IMG/VR virus record: IMGVR_UViG_3300032242_001941
Coordinates: 1 to 64,000 of that record
Source of the DNA: a virus
Length of the DNA: 64,000 bases
Reading direction: 5' to 3' (one strand)
Under the pieces are notes generated by a model. It was given only the letters and a program-made list of their open reading frames with translations. It was not told where the DNA came from and did no database searches. Below, piece by piece: positions 40,089-51,290 of this stretch. Each line of letters begins with the position of its first letter. The first letter of the stretch is position 1. The position numbers and the translations under genes were made by a program.

Positions 40089-40126
40089 TTAAAGTTTAGT
40101 TTGTTGTAAAAACGCCACATCCAAAA

Positions 40127-40157
40127 GGTTGACCCAAAATGGCTCTTTTGTTATACT
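40127..40157 (+). promoter_or_regulatory. Early sigma70-type promoter
   Basis: GG-TTGACC-17-TATACT. Confidence 0.85.
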
Positions 40158-40186
40158 AGCATTATAGTGATAATAACGGAGCGGAT

Positions 40187-40456
40187 ATGTTTGAAACAGT
40201 TGTAGACCAATTAGTTAAAGTTACTCTTACTAATGAACCAGTTAAAACTGAGTTCTATAACGGCACCTTGTTTGTCCGTAAAATCACCGAAAGTCAAGCT
40301 CGTAGCGTGTTCCACAGACTGTCAGCTACCTTGGGTGCAGGCACAGTCCAAGTAAGCCCAATCGGTGATACTGGTGAATATGCCTTTGATTTTGTTGCAA
40401 AAACCCCACAGTCAGAACCTGAAGATTTTAGCCCGTTTGCCACTGTAAACAGCTAG
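40187..40456 (+). CDS. Hypothetical early protein
   Basis: GGAG SD, own promoter. Confidence 0.75.
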   Translation: MFETVVDQLVKVTLTNEPVKTEFYNGTLFVRKITESQARSVFHRLSATLGAGTVQVSPIGDTGEYAFDFVAKTPQSEPEDFSPFATVNS

Positions 40457-40486
40457 GTTGACTCAAAATGCCCGATTTGTTATAAT
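40456..40486 (+). promoter_or_regulatory. Early sigma70-type promoter
   Basis: GG-TTGACT-17-TATAAT. Confidence 0.85.
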
Positions 40487-40515
40487 AGTTGTATAGTTAA
40501 TAATAAGGAGCAGAC

Positions 40516-40908
40516 ATGAAACTAGTAATCCAAACTCAAAATCAAGAGAACTACGGTGCCCATGATTGGGACGGTACAGGTGCCTGTCCTCAGCATTGGA
40601 AGTTTAAAGGCGGCTCCGAATTTATGATCGAAGGTGTTCCTGCCGGTGTGGACCTTGACCAAGTTGTTGACTTGGTTCGCGGCGAAATTGTCGAAGACGG
40701 TGAATACTATCGTGTTGACATTGTGGGCTACGGTCTAGAAGCAGATGACTACCTAAGCTGGTTTGAGAAGAGTCAACTGGAATATGATGGTAGTATTGCT
40801 CACCCAGAGCCAAGATTTCAGTACAGCGATCTTAAGGCAGTATATGATCGTGAATATTCCGAGTGGGCCGCTGATGCCGATGCACAGGCCTATGGGGAGA
40901 TGGCGTAA
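40516..40908 (+). CDS. Hypothetical early protein
   Basis: ENYGAHDWDG.G.CPQHWKFKGG; AAGGAG SD. Confidence 0.8.
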   Translation: MKLVIQTQNQENYGAHDWDGTGACPQHWKFKGGSEFMIEGVPAGVDLDQVVDLVRGEIVEDGEYYRVDIVGYGLEADDYLSWFEKSQLEYDGSIAHPEPRFQYSDLKAVYDREYSEWAADADAQAYGEMA

Positions 40909-41048
40909 TGGGTTTTTATAAAAATATTGAAGTAGAAATCCAAGAATGGCAAGCTCGTGGCCGTAGCATTGAAGAGACCTACATCTACTTCAAAGACTAT
41001 GCAACCTATGATGATGTAGTGCGTATTTTTGCTAAGGAAACTGTATAA
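40908..41048 (+). CDS. Small hypothetical protein (46 aa, not in ORF track)
   Basis: MGFYKNIEVEIQEWQARG...; TAATG coupling at both ends. Confidence 0.65.
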   Translation: MGFYKNIEVEIQEWQARGRSIEETYIYFKDYATYDDVVRIFAKETV

Positions 41049-41227
41049 TGGAAAAGAAATCTTTGTTCAACATTCGTTATACTATCAAGCCCGAAGATAT
41101 AATGCCCTTTGTGTCGGGCCTACACCAAGTACAGGCCGACATGATTGAGACTGTGGTTGTTCGTAAAGAACGTGAAGGTTTTCCAGAAGCTTCTGCAGTG
41201 ATTCAGTATATCATGGAGCTAAAGTGA
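41048..41227 (+). CDS. Small hypothetical protein (59 aa, not in ORF track)
   Basis: MEKKSLFNIRY...IMELK; AAGGA SD; coupled. Confidence 0.65.
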   Translation: MEKKSLFNIRYTIKPEDIMPFVSGLHQVQADMIETVVVRKEREGFPEASAVIQYIMELK

Positions 41228-41385
41228 AACAACCATCTTTTCGTCGGTGGTGTCAAGAAAAATGGTTTGAGCACAAGGATGAGCTTGAGTCCTATGGTCA
41301 GCCATTGGATCATACTGCCCAACAATATTTTGAACGATATAAATTTTGGTTAAAACGTGAATATCGCCATCAGCAAACTAACTAA
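41224..41385 (+). CDS. Small hypothetical protein (53 aa, not in ORF track)
   Basis: GTG start after GGAG; FRRWCQEKW...YKFWLKREY. Confidence 0.65.
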   Translation: MKQPSFRRWCQEKWFEHKDELESYGQPLDHTAQQYFERYKFWLKREYRHQQTN

Positions 41386-41641
41386 GGCCATTGCCGTTGG
41401 TCTTATATTAACCGGGTGCGCTACCAAGCCGCCCGCAACCGTTGACCGTGCGGATATGGTCAGTTGGAAAAACGATTGCGGGCGAGCTCAACAACAGGTT
41501 GAATACTTGCAGTCCAAAATTGATGCTTATCGCGAATACTACAAGGATCATCCTATTACCATAGACGATCGTCGCTACATGGGTCAACTTAAAAATAACA
41601 TTTGGTCCTTAAGGTCATCATGCTCCGGTCTACAGCAATAA
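41357..41641 (+). CDS. Lipoprotein
   Basis: Lipobox LTGC. Confidence 0.7.
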   Translation: MNIAISKLTKAIAVGLILTGCATKPPATVDRADMVSWKNDCGRAQQQVEYLQSKIDAYREYYKDHPITIDDRRYMGQLKNNIWSLRSSCSGLQQ

Positions 41642-42183
41642 TTCTAGCCTTGGTTGCTCCGGGTCTAGCACAGGCTGATTGCTATGTGCGTTCAGCCATG
41701 ACCAGCCAAACTCGTGCCAGCATAACCAATATCACCGACGTGCAACCCTTGGTAGTGCCCATAAATTACACACAAAATAAATGTTTTGTTACCTACAGAG
41801 CTCAGGTCAATAATGAGTGGGTCACTGTAGAAGGCACCAGCGTAGGACCAAAAACTCAGAGTGAGGAAGAGCTGTGTCGCGGTGCCATGGATCAAGGTCG
41901 TACTCAAATACTCAGCAGGGCCAATGGCGCAAACATGTCAGTAGAGACCAACATGGTCTGTGATGACCGCCCTGAAATCCGTGTTCGAAATGTTAGTATA
42001 GGGGAATTAGTACGCGAAAGCGAAGTGCGTCCGCACCCAAACTTCCCCAAACCATTTCGGTATAGAACCGCCCAGTGTCGTTGGTTTATTGAACCAGAAC
42101 CGCGTAATGCAGATCTGCTACAACGGCAAGGTATTATTTGTCTTTCGCATGGATCAACTTGGCGGGTGATTGACAAATGGTAG
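41620..42183 (+). CDS. Secreted Cys-containing protein
   Basis: Signal peptide ending AQA-D; several Cys. Confidence 0.7.
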   Translation: MLRSTAIILALVAPGLAQADCYVRSAMTSQTRASITNITDVQPLVVPINYTQNKCFVTYRAQVNNEWVTVEGTSVGPKTQSEEELCRGAMDQGRTQILSRANGANMSVETNMVCDDRPEIRVRNVSIGELVRESEVRPHPNFPKPFRYRTAQCRWFIEPEPRNADLLQRQGIICLSHGSTWRVIDKW

Positions 42184-42198
42184 GAATTATGTTATACT
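42170..42198 (+). promoter_or_regulatory. sigma70-type promoter
   Basis: TTGACA-17-TATACT with TG extension. Confidence 0.8.
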
Positions 42199-42229
42199 TT
42201 AAAAATCGTAACCTAAAGAGGTGTATTAA

Positions 42230-42973
42230 ATGAAAAAGTTATTAATCGTATCAGCAGTAGCCAGTATCTTGAGTGCCTGTGGCACTAGCGGAACTAATTA
42301 TAGTGCTATGTATTCGGCTCAAAATCAGGTGCAAGTAGCACAGATGTCATCGGCCATTGAGCAGGCGCCGCAGTGGATGAGCAAGTTGCCCAAGGCACCC
42401 GGATTTATCTTTGAAAACGGCACAGCTACCAGCAGTGACTTTGCCTTTGCTGACATCAAGGCCAAGACCATTGCCTACAGTAAAATTTGCACAGGTGCTG
42501 GTGGCAAGATCCGTAGCCAAGTCAAAATGTATAAAGCCGACAATGGTGATACTGGCACTGAGATGAGTGAAATGGCCTTGCGAAGTATGTGTGCAGATAT
42601 TGACATTACCGGTGTAGAAACTGTGGAAATGAAACATGTAAGCGAAGGTAACCGTATTAGAACTTATGTGCTGGTAGCATTGCCAACCACAGGTCGCATC
42701 AACAAAGATGTCAAGCAGTCCGCTAAAGAAGCCTTCAAAGAGTTGGACGAAATTACCGGTAACAAACCAGTAGGTGAAACATCTGGCAAAGCACCAACTG
42801 AAATTATCCCGGTTGCTCCACAGAAGGGTGCCGAGGTTAAGGTAACTCAACCAGATGGCACTACGTCAACTCTTAACTTGATGCCGGTGGATAATGCTGA
42901 ATACAAGGCACGTCGCGAAGAAGCATTGAAGAAACCCGGTGCAGTTATCGGACAAGTTTCAATAGCTAACTGA
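42230..42973 (+). CDS. Lipoprotein (LPP20-like)
   Basis: Lipobox LSAC; APQWM, G.ATS.D..FA..KA. Confidence 0.7.
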   Translation: MKKLLIVSAVASILSACGTSGTNYSAMYSAQNQVQVAQMSSAIEQAPQWMSKLPKAPGFIFENGTATSSDFAFADIKAKTIAYSKICTGAGGKIRSQVKMYKADNGDTGTEMSEMALRSMCADIDITGVETVEMKHVSEGNRIRTYVLVALPTTGRINKDVKQSAKEAFKELDEITGNKPVGETSGKAPTEIIPVAPQKGAEVKVTQPDGTTSTLNLMPVDNAEYKARREEALKKPGAVIGQVSIAN

Positions 42974-42985
42974 TCGAGTAAATAA

Positions 42986-44365
42986 ATGGACACCATAGAC
43001 TTCACCGGTGAACAATTTGAAGAGATTAAAGTGGCCGCAGACTGGATACGAGACTTAGAAAGTAGCGATAGCCGGTTACACAAGGAATCAGTAATTGAGA
43101 AGGCCCTAATGGCGGCCAAGCTAGGGTCCTCAAATGCTCAATGTTTCTTGTTCAACTGCTATCAGGCCTACAACCCCTATTATGTGTTTGGGGTTAAAAA
43201 AGTTCCAGAGACCAAAGGATTAGAACACAAGCCCAATCCTTGGCCAAAGTTTTGGGCCATGCTAGAAGGTCTGCGTACTCGTAGTCTAACCGGTCACAAT
43301 GCCAAGACTGCTATTGAGTTTATGTCGGAGCAGTTTGATAGTGTAGAGTGGAATAATCTTGCTCGTAGAGTTATTATCAAAGACCTACGTTGTGGTATCA
43401 GCGAAAAGACTCTAAACAAGGTACTGGGCAATACTGAATGGAAGATTCCGGTGTTTACTTGCCAGTTAGCCACAGACAGTGAAAAGCACACAGCTAAGAT
43501 GACTGGTATCAAACGCCTTGAACAAAAGTTGGATGGTGTGCGTGTGCTGGCCGTAATTACCAAGACTACAGTTAATCTATATTCACGCAACGGCAAGCCA
43601 TTTGATAACTTTCCACATATTGTTGAGTCCTTGGAAGATATTAAAAATAAGTTTGCTAAACTATTTCAGTCCTGCCCAAATGGATTTGTACTAGATGGTG
43701 AGATTATTGGGGAAAGTTTCCAAGCCTTAATGAAACAGGCACAACGCAAGACCGATATTAAAACAGATGGTATGACTTATAGTGTGTTTGATTGGCTTCC
43801 GCTAGTAGACTTTGAGCGTGGATTTTGGAATGCCCAACAACATAAACGTTTTCACATCTTGGAAGAATATCGTGCGGTATTTGAATCAACTGACTGTGTT
43901 CGTGCAATGGTTGGAATTGATGTTGACTTGGCCACAGCCGAAGGACATGACGTCATGCGTCGCTATGCCGAGGACGCAGTTGAAGCAGGTTTTGAAGGCA
44001 TTATGATCAAAGACTTGGGTGCTCCATATGAGTGTAGACGTAGTACGTTCTGGATGAAGTGGAAGCCCACTATTACTGTAGACTTAAATATTGTTGGTTT
44101 TGAAGAAGGCACTGGTCGCAATGCAGGTCGGTTGGGTGCTATAATATGTGAAGGAGTTGATAATGATCGTCGTATTCGTGTTAATGTGGGCAGTGGCCTT
44201 TCCGATGCTAATCGTGATGAATATTGGAGTGCCAGAGATCAATTACTTGGCGATGTTATTGAGGTTGAAGCAGACGCAGTAACACAAAACCAAGACGGGA
44301 CTTACAGTTTAAGGTTTCCTCGTTTTGTTCGTTTTCGTGGATTTGAACCTGGAGAAAAGTTATGA
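42986..44365 (+). CDS. ATP-dependent DNA ligase
   Basis: EQKLDGVR, LDGEI, FD, EGIMIK, WMKWK, SLRFPRF. Confidence 0.95.
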   Translation: MDTIDFTGEQFEEIKVAADWIRDLESSDSRLHKESVIEKALMAAKLGSSNAQCFLFNCYQAYNPYYVFGVKKVPETKGLEHKPNPWPKFWAMLEGLRTRSLTGHNAKTAIEFMSEQFDSVEWNNLARRVIIKDLRCGISEKTLNKVLGNTEWKIPVFTCQLATDSEKHTAKMTGIKRLEQKLDGVRVLAVITKTTVNLYSRNGKPFDNFPHIVESLEDIKNKFAKLFQSCPNGFVLDGEIIGESFQALMKQAQRKTDIKTDGMTYSVFDWLPLVDFERGFWNAQQHKRFHILEEYRAVFESTDCVRAMVGIDVDLATAEGHDVMRRYAEDAVEAGFEGIMIKDLGAPYECRRSTFWMKWKPTITVDLNIVGFEEGTGRNAGRLGAIICEGVDNDRRIRVNVGSGLSDANRDEYWSARDQLLGDVIEVEADAVTQNQDGTYSLRFPRFVRFRGFEPGEKL

Positions 44366-44478
44366 CGGATTGGTTTATGGAACAGACTTGGTTAATCGAA
44401 GGCCTAGTTACAATGAGTGCAGCCGCAATGGTGGCCACTGTGGTTTATTTTTGGATAGAACATTTTAGAGGCGACTAA
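44362..44478 (+). CDS. Small membrane protein (38 aa, not in ORF track)
   Basis: MTDWFMEQTWLIEGLVTMSAAAMVATVVYFWIEHFRGD; coupled at both ends. Confidence 0.55.
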   Translation: MTDWFMEQTWLIEGLVTMSAAAMVATVVYFWIEHFRGD

Positions 44479-44678
44479 TGTCTAATTATACTGTTAGCGA
44501 TATTAAATTAGCTCAACCCAATACCACTACATTTTTTTGTAACGGGGATGAAATATTGCGATTCAGCAACAAGGGCTTTTGGGTTCGCGGAAAGAAGATC
44601 GACCAGGATGACCGCGAAGCGGAAATAGTGTATAATAGTTTCAAAGAATGGTTAGCTTGGCAACAACTCAACAAATAA
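44478..44678 (+). CDS. Hypothetical protein
   Basis: Coupled ORF, GAGG SD. Confidence 0.65.
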   Translation: MSNYTVSDIKLAQPNTTTFFCNGDEILRFSNKGFWVRGKKIDQDDREAEIVYNSFKEWLAWQQLNK

Positions 44679-44690
44679 AGGAACATAGTA

Positions 44691-44897
44691 ATGCAGGTTA
44701 GAAAAACAGAAGATGGCAAAGTATATGCCTTATGCGGCTGTGGTCGTAGCCCAACGGGTGACTGCTGTGGTTGGCACTCGCTTACAGAAGAAGCATACAA
44801 GGCAAAAAAAGATGAATACGATCTAGCAAAGTATCGTGAATCGGCTGAAGAACTTTGGTTTAGTGGTGGGTCTTGTACTGGCGGTAAGCCCGAATAG
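44691..44897 (+). CDS. CDGSH-like iron-sulfur-binding small protein
   Basis: ALCGCGRSPTGDCCGWH resembles the CxCxxS...CDGSH motif. Confidence 0.6.
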   Translation: MQVRKTEDGKVYALCGCGRSPTGDCCGWHSLTEEAYKAKKDEYDLAKYRESAEELWFSGGSCTGGKPE

Positions 44898-44899
44898 TA

Positions 44900-45088
44900 A
44901 TGGAATATATTCTTTGGATTATTGCTATAGCATTTGGCTACTTAATGGGTCGATTCAGTGCTCCTCAAGATCTGTCTAACACCAACGAGCATTTAGAAGC
45001 AGTAAACAAAAAACTACAAGAAGATGTTGCGTATTATAAAAAATTAACACGCAAGCTCGTAGAAGAAAACAAAGAACTCAGACGTTAA
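44900..45088 (+). CDS. Small TM plus coiled-coil protein
   Basis: N-terminal hydrophobic helix. Confidence 0.65.
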   Translation: MEYILWIIAIAFGYLMGRFSAPQDLSNTNEHLEAVNKKLQEDVAYYKKLTRKLVEENKELRR

Positions 45089-45198
45089 TGACTGAATTAG
45101 AAATTGACATTACTATTGTATTGGCAATCTATCTTGCTATAAACTTAGGAATACTCTGGCTGGTCCATATACTTACACGGAAATATAACGACAAATGA
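45088..45198 (+). CDS. Small membrane protein (36 aa, not in ORF track)
   Basis: MTELEIDITIVLAIYLAINLGILWLVHILTRKYNDK; coupled at both ends. Confidence 0.5.
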   Translation: MTELEIDITIVLAIYLAINLGILWLVHILTRKYNDK

Positions 45199-45419
45199 AC
45201 CCTATTACATTACTTACTAACGGCCTTAATGACTTATGGTTTTGGACCTACAGTATCATTGCCGGTTGGGGACTAACCTTTACTATAATTGTAGTAGCAT
45301 TGGTATTGGTAGTGATTCGCACAATCAATTTACAACGTCGAGTCGACCGTCTAGAACAACGCCTTGTACATGCCGAAAGAGACTATAACTTGTCAGTCAA
45401 TGCCTGGAAATCCAAATAA
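45195..45419 (+). CDS. Small TM plus coiled-coil protein
   Basis: Hydrophobic helix then RRVDRLEQRL. Confidence 0.65.
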   Translation: MNPITLLTNGLNDLWFWTYSIIAGWGLTFTIIVVALVLVVIRTINLQRRVDRLEQRLVHAERDYNLSVNAWKSK

Positions 45420-45429
45420 ATATTAAACT

Positions 45430-46899
45430 ATGCTGTTTGGATATTTAACTTTATTTACTGCACTGATATTATCATTATCGGCGGCAGTCTACTCTATACT
45501 TGGGTTAACGGCCATCTTTGCCGCGGCCTTTTGGCCTATTGTGGTGCTTGGCGGCAGTCTTGAAATTGGCAAGATTGTAACAACCTTGTGGTTACACAAG
45601 TATTGGACACGAGCTGAACTACAATATAAACTTTATCTATGTAGTGCTGTGGTTATTCTCATGGTCCTGACCAGCATGGGGGTATTTGGTTTCTTAAGTA
45701 AAGCACACTTGGACCAAGCAGTGCCGTCGGGGGATATACAAGCGCAAGTACAAATATTTGACGACAAAATCCAAACACAAAAAGACAATATTAAAACAGC
45801 CAGGGCGGCCTTGACGCAGATGGATACGGCTGTAGATCAAACCATGGGCCGTAGCCTGGATGAAAAAGGTGCCGACAAAGCAGTTGCTATTCGTCGTAGT
45901 CAAGCTCGTGAGCGCACCGCCCTGCAAAACGATATTGCAAAAGCGCAAACAGAAATTACCCGGTTACAAGAACAACGGGCTCCTATTGCCAGTCAAGCTC
46001 GCCAGGTAGAAGCCGAAGTTGGACCTATCAAATATATTGCCGCATTGATCTACGGCGATAATCCTGAAGCCAATGTGCTAGAAAAGGCAGTTCGTTGGGT
46101 TATTATTCTTATTGTTATTGTATTTGATCCCTTGGCGCTTACGCTATTGTTAGCCGCTACCAAAACCTTTGAATGGGAACGTGGTATTAATATCTTTGTT
46201 CCTAAAAACAAAGATGAAGAAGAACTTATTGTTCCTGTCAAAGAGGAATCTGAACCCGAGGATGATATTCCAATATTTGATCGTGAAGAAATTCCTTTAG
46301 AAGAAGAACTTGAGCCGGAGCAGGGACTACACCCACTTGCACATATTGAAATACCCGAAATCCATCCAGATGATCGACTGCATCTTTTGTCTAAAAGATT
46401 TTTTATGTCAGGACATCCGGGCGTAGATGAAAGAACGTTTCATGCATTGCATCAAGAAGGCGAAATAGATTGTTTACCTTGGCACAAAGCAGAGCACATC
46501 AATTCTTTGCCAATCAGTGCCGACGAACGTCAACAATTACTTGACCGTTTTGTAAACATTCCTGCACATGTTACCACGGATCAATTTGGTCTAGAAGCAG
46601 ATAATGTAGACAATAAAATAACCGGGGAAGTTCGTGGATTTGGAACACAGTTCCCGGCTAGTGCCAATAAAGGTGATATGTTTTTGCGTGTTGATCGATT
46701 GCCCAGTGCCTTGTATAAATTCAATGGCAATATCTGGATTGAAGTAGATAAAACCTTAAGCGATCAACATGCCTATGATGATGCCTATATTGATCACCTT
46801 ATTGAAAAAATTGACACCGGAGAATACGATCCAGAGTTGTTGAGTAATGCCGAGCGTGACAGTATTGAAAGACGATTACAGAATACACGACACGTATAA
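45430..46899 (+). CDS. Multi-pass membrane protein with coiled-coil domain
   Basis: Three N-terminal TMs, coiled coil, IVFDPLA TM, acidic cytoplasmic tail. Confidence 0.8.
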   Translation: MLFGYLTLFTALILSLSAAVYSILGLTAIFAAAFWPIVVLGGSLEIGKIVTTLWLHKYWTRAELQYKLYLCSAVVILMVLTSMGVFGFLSKAHLDQAVPSGDIQAQVQIFDDKIQTQKDNIKTARAALTQMDTAVDQTMGRSLDEKGADKAVAIRRSQARERTALQNDIAKAQTEITRLQEQRAPIASQARQVEAEVGPIKYIAALIYGDNPEANVLEKAVRWVIILIVIVFDPLALTLLLAATKTFEWERGINIFVPKNKDEEELIVPVKEESEPEDDIPIFDREEIPLEEELEPEQGLHPLAHIEIPEIHPDDRLHLLSKRFFMSGHPGVDERTFHALHQEGEIDCLPWHKAEHINSLPISADERQQLLDRFVNIPAHVTTDQFGLEADNVDNKITGEVRGFGTQFPASANKGDMFLRVDRLPSALYKFNGNIWIEVDKTLSDQHAYDDAYIDHLIEKIDTGEYDPELLSNAERDSIERRLQNTRHV

Positions 46900-48095
46900 T
46901 GGAACCAACTATTGAACATTGTAGTTTTTGTGATAAACACAAGGATCGTGTTGGCAAATTAATTGTAAGTCATAAAGTAGCTATTTGTAATGAATGCGTG
47001 GATCTTTGTGGCAGTTTGCTCAAAGACAAAACGGTAATTCAAAAAAAATCAGAACCACCTACCGTCTTAGATCCTAGAGACATAAGAGATTATCTGGATC
47101 TGCACGTGGTTGGACAAGACGAGGCTAAAGTTGTTCTCAGCGTGGCCATTGCCAATCATTATAAACGTATCAGTCGTAATGATACAACTATTACCAAAGC
47201 CAACATACTCATGATTGGACCCACGGGCACAGGAAAAACACTTATGGCTCGTAGTGTAGCCCAGTATCTTGACGTACCTTTTGTAATTGCTGATGCCACT
47301 TGTTTAACTGAAGCTGGCTATGTAGGCGATGATGTAGAAAGTATGATTACAAGACTATACACCGCTGCCGACGGCAATGTTGAACGTTGCCAACGTGGTA
47401 TTGTGTTCCTAGACGAAATTGACAAGATTGCTAGAAAAAGTGAAAGTGCCACAGTGTCACGTGATGTATCGGGCGAAGGTGTTCAACAGGCCTTGTTAAA
47501 ATTAGTTGAAGGCACAAGGTGTCGTATTCCTGCACAAGGAACTAAAAAAAATAACAATACAGAAACAGTAGAGATTGACACTACCAACATATTGTTTATT
47601 GTAGGTGGTGCCTTTGTGGGTATGGATCGTATCGTAAAAAATCGTGTACAAGGTACAGCTATGGGATTTGGCGCAGAAATTACATCACCTGACACTGAAG
47701 CAACTGATCCAGTGACTCCAGAAGATTTGGTCCGGTACGGAATGATTCCTGAGTTTGTGGGTAGATTTAGCAGTTATGTAAATTTACACGCTTTAAATAA
47801 AACTCAATTGATTAGTATACTGACTGAAATACAGGGAAATTTTGTGGGTCAATATCAATGGTTATTTGATCAGGATAGCGTGGCCTTAGAATTTGACTCT
47901 GAAAGTTTAGATTTAATAGCAGAACGAACACTAAAGACACGAACAGGAGCCCGCGGCCTACACAGCGAACTAGAGCGTGTGCTGTTACCACACATGTTTG
48001 ATCTTCCTAGGTATCGTAAACAAGATATAGTCCAGGTCACAATCAATAAAACCCAGGTAAATACTCCTATGACACTAATACAAGAAAATTTATGA
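46899..48095 (+). CDS. clpX: ClpX ATPase
   Basis: CSFC..CNEC zinc-binding domain, [44 protein letters not shown] loop, TGARGL. Confidence 0.95.
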   Translation: MEPTIEHCSFCDKHKDRVGKLIVSHKVAICNECVDLCGSLLKDKTVIQKKSEPPTVLDPRDIRDYLDLHVVGQDEAKVVLSVAIANHYKRISRNDTTITKANILMIGPTGTGKTLMARSVAQYLDVPFVIADATCLTEAGYVGDDVESMITRLYTAADGNVERCQRGIVFLDEIDKIARKSESATVSRDVSGEGVQQALLKLVEGTRCRIPAQGTKKNNNTETVEIDTTNILFIVGGAFVGMDRIVKNRVQGTAMGFGAEITSPDTEATDPVTPEDLVRYGMIPEFVGRFSSYVNLHALNKTQLISILTEIQGNFVGQYQWLFDQDSVALEFDSESLDLIAERTLKTRTGARGLHSELERVLLPHMFDLPRYRKQDIVQVTINKTQVNTPMTLIQENL

Positions 48096-48313
48096 GAGAG
48101 TACAAAAGATCAGTTTACATTACCGATGGCAATGTAGAAAAGGCTCTGCGTAAATTTAAGAAAAAAATACAGGAATCTGGCTTATTGGAAGAACTCCGTG
48201 AGCGGGAAACCTACGAAAAACCAACTACCGAACGTAAGCGTAAGAAAGGTGCAGCCCGAGCACGTCTACGCAAACAAATCCGCAGTCAACAACTTCCAAA
48301 AAAACTCTACTAG
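48092..48313 (+). CDS. rpsU: Ribosomal protein bS21
   Basis: [12 protein letters not shown]...[17 protein letters not shown]-type pattern. Confidence 0.92.
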   Translation: MREYKRSVYITDGNVEKALRKFKKKIQESGLLEELRERETYEKPTTERKRKKGAARARLRKQIRSQQLPKKLY

Positions 48314-48314
48314 T

Positions 48315-48557
48315 GTGTTTATAGAATTTAAAGTAACAACAGAAAATCCGTTGTTTCTTACTTCACACATCCTACATATGGCCGAAGCAGAAATTAAGAA
48401 TTGGGCCCAGGTAAACGAGATACCTTACACTTACAAATATTATAAAAATACTTTCAGGGTAGCATTTAACGAAGAAAAACATTATACTGTTTTTCGTTTA
48501 ACCTGGGCAATAGATTTGCCCCATATTGAATATAAACTTATTGACAGGAAGTGGTAA
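48315..48557 (+). CDS. Small hypothetical protein
   Basis: GTG start just after rpsU; ends VAF.....TVFRLTW. Confidence 0.6.
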   Translation: MFIEFKVTTENPLFLTSHILHMAEAEIKNWAQVNEIPYTYKYYKNTFRVAFNEEKHYTVFRLTWAIDLPHIEYKLIDRKW

Positions 48558-48571
48558 ATCTGTTATAAATA
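48541..48571 (+). promoter_or_regulatory. Composite sigma70 / late promoter
   Basis: TTGACA-17-TATAAA overlapping TATAAATA. Confidence 0.7.
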
Positions 48572-48574
48572 AAC

Positions 48575-48635
48575 ATGTAGATGCCCAGCTGGGGTCTATA
48601 TTAAAACTTGCTTATTTTTAAGGAGAATTTATATG
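48575..48635 (+). promoter_or_regulatory. ROSE-like RNA thermometer leader, copy 1, ahead of an 8-codon ORF
   Basis: 5' hairpin ATGTAGA...TCTATAT, then CTTGCTT pairing with AAGGAG (bulged G); ATG 48633. Confidence 0.65.
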
Positions 48636-48703
48636 TCAAAGCACACCTTTCTGACCTAGCGTCAACTCCCCTTACAATTTAAACATTCAACCACTCTTAG
48701 TTG

Positions 48704-48732
48704 TTGACACAATCACCTATGTGTGTTATAAT
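48704..48732 (+). promoter_or_regulatory. sigma70 consensus promoter for groES-groEL
   Basis: TTGACA-17-TATAAT with TG extension. Confidence 0.85.
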
Positions 48733-48774
48733 CTATTGTTGTGGTATTATCATTTACATTTAAAAGGAGTATTA

Positions 48775-49062
48775 ATGAATCTAAAACCTACTAGAGATCG
48801 TATTGTTATACGTTTACTCGAAGCAGAAACTCAAACTAAATCTGGAATCTTTATCCCAGATGCCGCAGTTGAAAAACCAAACCAGGGCGAAGTATTGGCC
48901 ACAGGTGGCGGCCGCATCACAGAAGACGGCACCGTGATCCCAATGGAAGTTAAAACTGGTGATCGTGTACTGTTTGGCAAACACGCTGGCACACCGATCA
49001 AAGTTGACGGCGAAGAATATCACATCCTCAAAGAAGATGATGTAATGGCAATTGTAGAATAA
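48775..49062 (+). CDS. groES: Co-chaperonin GroES
   Basis: LKPTRDRIV, TKSGIFIPD, G.VLA.G.G, VLFGK..G, ILKEDDVMAIVE; AAGGAG SD. Confidence 0.96.
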   Translation: MNLKPTRDRIVIRLLEAETQTKSGIFIPDAAVEKPNQGEVLATGGGRITEDGTVIPMEVKTGDRVLFGKHAGTPIKVDGEEYHILKEDDVMAIVE

Positions 49063-50703
<1,641 letters not shown>

Positions 50704-50719
50704 TTTAGCGTTATAAATA

Positions 50720-50787
50720 ATAGTGTGGATGCCGATGGTCGGGTCCACACTATATGTCACTTGCTTAATTTAAAGGAGAAAACAATG
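50720..50787 (+). promoter_or_regulatory. ROSE-like RNA thermometer leader, copy 2, ahead of hsp20
   Basis: ATAGTGTGGA...TCCACACTAT hairpin, then CTTGCTT/AAGGAG; TATAAATA at 50712; ATG 50785. Confidence 0.75.
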
Positions 50788-51231
50788 ACAAGACTCACAA
50801 CTCTGGACCTTAGTCCATTCTATCGTAACTCAATCGGTGTAGACAAATTATTTGATCGTATGATGCATCAAATTGATACAGCGGCCGCATCAACTACAAA
50901 CTATCCACCTTACAACATTGTAAAAACTGGCGAGAACACCTACGAAATTCAAGTAGCCGTTGCTGGATTTACCGAAGGTGAAGTTACTGTAAACGTCAAT
51001 GAAGGTCAATTAATCATCTCAGGTGAAAAGCTGTCTACAGATTTGCCCGAAGGACACATATATGAACACCAAGGCATCAGTGCTCGTCGTTTTATACGCA
51101 CATTTACCTTGGCCGACTATGTAGAAGTAACCGATGCTCAAAGTCAGGATGGTATTCTGACTGTTAGCTTAGAGCGTCAAGTTCCTGAGGCACTTCTGCC
51201 GAAGACTATTGCGATCACTTACACAAAATAG
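50785..51231 (+). CDS. Small heat-shock protein (IbpA/Hsp20)
   Basis: NYPPYNI, AVAGF, HQGISARRF.RTFTLA, DGILTVSLER.VPE. Confidence 0.95.
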   Translation: MTRLTTLDLSPFYRNSIGVDKLFDRMMHQIDTAAASTTNYPPYNIVKTGENTYEIQVAVAGFTEGEVTVNVNEGQLIISGEKLSTDLPEGHIYEHQGISARRFIRTFTLADYVEVTDAQSQDGILTVSLERQVPEALLPKTIAITYTK

Positions 51232-51290
51232 TATAATATAGTAAATACAGTGGAGGGCACAGTGCTCTCCACTACAATAAAGGATTGGAT

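Noticed and set aside
41357-42183. Spanin pair
   Set aside because: Gene order and topology (lipoprotein first, second gene with a cleavable signal and no long coiled coil) do not match i-spanin/o-spanin
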